DNA of 64,000 bases. Source: Candidatus Latescibacterota bacterium (GTDB lineage: Bacteria; Latescibacterota; UBA2968; GCA-2709665). Below the pieces are notes generated by a model. That model was not told the origin of the DNA, did not search any database, and worked only from the letters and a program-made list of their open reading frames with translations. Where the stretch lies: contig CAXXJS010000061.1 in assembly GCA_963662665.2 (NCBI GenBank), positions 160,001 to 224,000 of the forward strand, in the 5' to 3' direction. Every line of letters begins with the position of its first letter. Position 1 is the first letter of the stretch. Below, piece by piece: positions 61,095 through 64,000 of the stretch. Both the position numbers and the translations under genes were made by a program.

Positions 61095-61128
61095 GGCCCC
61101 GCCCGAAGCGAGCTTCGGGCGGGGTTCG
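61095..61128. repeat. Intergenic hairpin (REP-like or terminator)
   Basis: CCCCGCCCGAAGC-GA-GCTTCGGGCGGGG. Confidence 0.6.
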
Positions 61129-61153
61129 TAATCTGTGAAGGAGGAGATCGAAG

Positions 61154-62452
61154 ATGGATGGGGACCTCGCGATTCTTGGTGGCGAAAAGGCGATTACGGC
61201 CGATAGTGGAGAACAGTGGCGTCGACCCGTGGAGGCGGAAAAAGCCGCGGTTTGCGCCCTGATCGACGAGGGCTATCTCTCGGGGTCGGGATCGGGGGTT
61301 CCGAAGGAATTCGAAGAACGGTTCGCGGAGTACATCGGCTGTAAATACGTACTGACAACCAGCCACGGGCATACGGCCCTGGCCAGCGGATTCTTCGCCG
61401 CGGGTCTGGGTGCGGGCGATGAATTCATCACGCCTTCAGTCGGTTATATCGGCAGCTACGCGGGCGCGCTGCATATGGGCGCCACGCCCGTATTCTGCGA
61501 GGTCGAGCCGGAGACGCTGCTCATGGACCCGGACGACGCCGCGCGGCGGATTACGAACAGGACCCGCGTGATCTCGCCGATCCACTCCTGCGGCCGGGTG
61601 TGCGATATGGACCGCCTGCTGGCCCTGGCGGATGCCCACGGACTCGTGGTCGTGGAGGACGCGGCTCACGCGCACGGCAGCGAGTGGGACGGCGTGAAAA
61701 TCGGCAACCTGGGGCATATCGCGTGCTTCAGCATGCAGGGCTCCATGCCCGGGGGGAAGCCGGTAGCAGGCGGCGAGGCCGGCATTGTGGCGACGAACGA
61801 CCGCGAGTTGTACGAACGTGCGTTAATCTACTGCCACCTGCACCGCCCGGGCGCGGTGCAGGAGCTCACCAATCCGGTCTACCGCGAATTGGATCCCCAG
61901 CTCCTCGGATGGAAATGGCGGCCGCATCCGCTGGCTATGGCAATCGGCCTGGTCTCCCTGGAGCACCTGCCCGAACGGCTGGACCGGTTCGAAGCCAACA
62001 GGGAGGCCCTGTTTCGGAAAATCGAGGGACTGCCGGGAATCCGGCCGGTCTGCAACTACAGGAAAGCCAGGGGCGTGGAACTCTACGGCGGGATCAAGTT
62101 CATCTTCGAGCCGGAAGCGCTGGGCGGATTGCCCGCGCCCCGGTTCGTGGCGGCCATGCGGGCCGAAGGCGCGCCACTGAACGGCCCGGGCGTGGGACAC
62201 ATGGAACATCTTCGGTCCATCTACACAAAGGATCTTCCCGGGCTATGGGGAGCGGGTCACAACGGACCGGCGAATGTGCCTCTGCCCCGCTATCGCGAGG
62301 GAGATTTCCCGGTTTCGGAAGCAATCCGGGGGCGCGTGTTGTCCTATCCGGGGCATATCCAGGCCGCGGACGGGTTCGTCGATCAGTTCGCGGCGGCGTT
62401 CAGGAAGGTTGTCCTTCAACATCACAAGCTTCTTCAGGAGGGAGTCGGTTGA
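61154..62452 (+). CDS. DegT/DnrJ/EryC1/StrS aminotransferase
   Basis: EDAAHAHG, FSMQG...K and GEAG motifs. Confidence 0.9.
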   Translation: MDGDLAILGGEKAITADSGEQWRRPVEAEKAAVCALIDEGYLSGSGSGVPKEFEERFAEYIGCKYVLTTSHGHTALASGFFAAGLGAGDEFITPSVGYIGSYAGALHMGATPVFCEVEPETLLMDPDDAARRITNRTRVISPIHSCGRVCDMDRLLALADAHGLVVVEDAAHAHGSEWDGVKIGNLGHIACFSMQGSMPGGKPVAGGEAGIVATNDRELYERALIYCHLHRPGAVQELTNPVYRELDPQLLGWKWRPHPLAMAIGLVSLEHLPERLDRFEANREALFRKIEGLPGIRPVCNYRKARGVELYGGIKFIFEPEALGGLPAPRFVAAMRAEGAPLNGPGVGHMEHLRSIYTKDLPGLWGAGHNGPANVPLPRYREGDFPVSEAIRGRVLSYPGHIQAADGFVDQFAAAFRKVVLQHHKLLQEGVG

Positions 62453-63228
62453 CGGAAACCGCCGTATTTCGATCTCCGCTGGAGGTGCGGCTCGCGTGCC
62501 GGCGGAATGCGCTGAAGACCGTGGCGTCGCGCGCGCTGTCGGGGTACCTGTGCGTGAATGTGGTCATGATGGACAAGGCGTACGCCGCGGAGTTTGAGGG
62601 ATTCTGCAGGGCGAACCCGAAGCCGTGTCCGCTGCTGGCCGTGATGCCCGCGGGCCGGACCGACTGTCCCGATTTTGCGCGCGGGCTCGACATTCGCACC
62701 GACCTGGGTTCGTACGGCGTGATCCGGGAGGGCGTGGTGGTGGAGCAGCGGCGGGACGTGGTTTCCCTTTTCTCAGGTGGCATGGTGACGTTTCTGATCG
62801 GTTCCAGCGTGTCCTTCGACGGGCTCCTCGTCGAAAAGGGGTATAAACCCTCATTCGGACCGTGCATTCAACTGACCGACCTGGACTGCGAACCGATGGG
62901 AAGGTTCAGGAGCAAAATGGCGGTGACGATGCGGAGCTTTCTTCCGGACCGTTGCGACGCCGTCTGGGAATACACAAGCCATTTTCCGGCGTGCCATGGG
63001 GCGCCTCTTGGCAGGAATAACGGCCGGGAACTGGGAATTCCGGACCTCGATGCGACGATTTCAGGGAATCCGATCGAGGTTCCAAAAGGCACCGACCGTC
63101 TCTACTGGGCCTGTGGCGTGACGCCCAGCCTGGCGGCACAGCAGGCCCGGCTTCCGCTCGCGCTGTCCTACACGCCCGGCCACGCGATGATCACTGATAT
63201 TCCGACTGAAAGTCTGTATAAACCCTGA
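62449..63228 (+). CDS. DUF1445 / D-glutamate cyclase-like protein
   Basis: FCRANPKPCPLL, DIRTD, HGAP, WACGVTP, PGH.MITD; TTG start overlapping the previous stop. Confidence 0.85.
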   Translation: MTETAVFRSPLEVRLACRRNALKTVASRALSGYLCVNVVMMDKAYAAEFEGFCRANPKPCPLLAVMPAGRTDCPDFARGLDIRTDLGSYGVIREGVVVEQRRDVVSLFSGGMVTFLIGSSVSFDGLLVEKGYKPSFGPCIQLTDLDCEPMGRFRSKMAVTMRSFLPDRCDAVWEYTSHFPACHGAPLGRNNGRELGIPDLDATISGNPIEVPKGTDRLYWACGVTPSLAAQQARLPLALSYTPGHAMITDIPTESLYKP

Positions 63229-63283
63229 GACGAATCGTGTCGCTCAACACCGCTGTGTGCCGGACGACGAGTAGGGGGGCGGG

Positions 63284-63544
63284 ATGGGAACGGTGATGAC
63301 CGTTCGAGGCGAGATCGACGGTGAAGACCTGGGCATCGTGGATTACCACGAACACCTCTATTTCGACGCCCCGGACTGGCTGCTAAGAGAAGATGGGGAT
63401 TTCCGGCTGAACTGCGTGGAGCGGTCCGCCGAGGAACTTCGGTCCTGGGCGCGCGGCCGGCACAGACGGCATCGCGGCGCATGCCGGCCGTTGCCTTCGA
63501 TCCGCCGCAGCGACCAGCCGAGGCGTCCCGGGACCAGGACCTGA
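63284..63544 (+). pseudogene. Truncated phosphotriesterase-related gene
   Basis: VMTVRGEI...LGIVDYHEHL N-terminus; similarity is lost after about 58 aa. Confidence 0.75.
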
Positions 63545-63650
63545 TGCACACGGTGCGCGCCAGCTCCATCCGGCTCGCGCTCACAACCTACCGAAGAGGG
63601 AGTGTCCGTTGCCATGAACGAGGGGCGAGGATCCGGCGCCAAAAAGGGCC

Positions 63651-63678
63651 TTGACAATAACTGATAATCGGTTATCAT
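63651..63678 (+). promoter_or_regulatory. Sigma70 promoter overlapped by a Fur-family box
   Basis: TTGACA 63651-63656, TATCAT 63673-63678, palindrome TGATAA-TCGG-TTATCA 63662-63677. Confidence 0.75.
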
Positions 63679-63684
63679 TTATCT

Positions 63685-64000
63685 ATGCAGAGAGCGAAAC
63701 AGCAGTTGACAGTCTTGCAAGCCCTTGGCGCGGCGGACGGCCCCCTGTCCGCCAGGGAACTGTGGAGCCGCCTGAGCGGAACGGGTATCGGTCTCGCCAC
63801 GGTATACCGCGCCCTCCAGCGGGGGGTTGACGAAGGCACGCTGGAGTCGGTCGAGGTGTTGGGCGGCGGCGTTCGGTACGAACCCAAGGACCGCGAGCAC
63901 CACCATCACTTTCTTTGCTCGATTTGCGACCACGCGTTCGACCTCTTCGGTTGCGTCGAGGGCCTCGAGTCCCTGGTTCCAGACGGGTTTCAGGTGACGG
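63685..64000 (+). CDS. Fur family transcriptional regulator (runs off the window end)
   Basis: IGLATVYR, RYE and HHHHFLCSIC motifs. Confidence 0.9.
   Translation, partial: MQRAKQQLTVLQALGAADGPLSARELWSRLSGTGIGLATVYRALQRGVDEGTLESVEVLGGGVRYEPKDREHHHHFLCSICDHAFDLFGCVEGLESLVPDGFQVT

Overview
GC-rich bacterial window. Four PhyH dioxygenases, a sulfatase with its maturase, two enolase-superfamily enzymes and abundant REP-like repeats resemble Latescibacterota/Gemmatimonadota/Poribacteria-like genomes; this placement is inference only. Positions 1-36 kb form an accessory, decaying region of small single-function genes (Nudix, GNAT, methyltransferases, aminoglycoside-modifying-like enzymes, outer-membrane barrels), pseudogenes, an IS1182 remnant and several dispersed repeat families. 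It holds six toxin-antitoxin loci, and five have lost or damaged the toxin while keeping the antitoxin. It also holds a defence-like operon (FitA-like RHH, Schlafen/AlbA_2-HATPase, MNT, HEPN, YhcG) and an AT-rich nested-palindrome site at 12.6-13.0 kb. At 36-41 kb, two paralogous membrane-anchored Cys-rich proteins that I do not recognise precede an EndoQ-UvrD fusion ending in a beta-clamp motif. Positions 46-58 kb carry an N-methylglutamate-type methylamine cluster with duplicated amidotransferase and GXGXG subunits. Catabolic genes and an apparently autoregulated Fur-family gene follow. No rRNA, tRNA or CRISPR array was seen. All family calls come from motif recognition by eye, not database searches.
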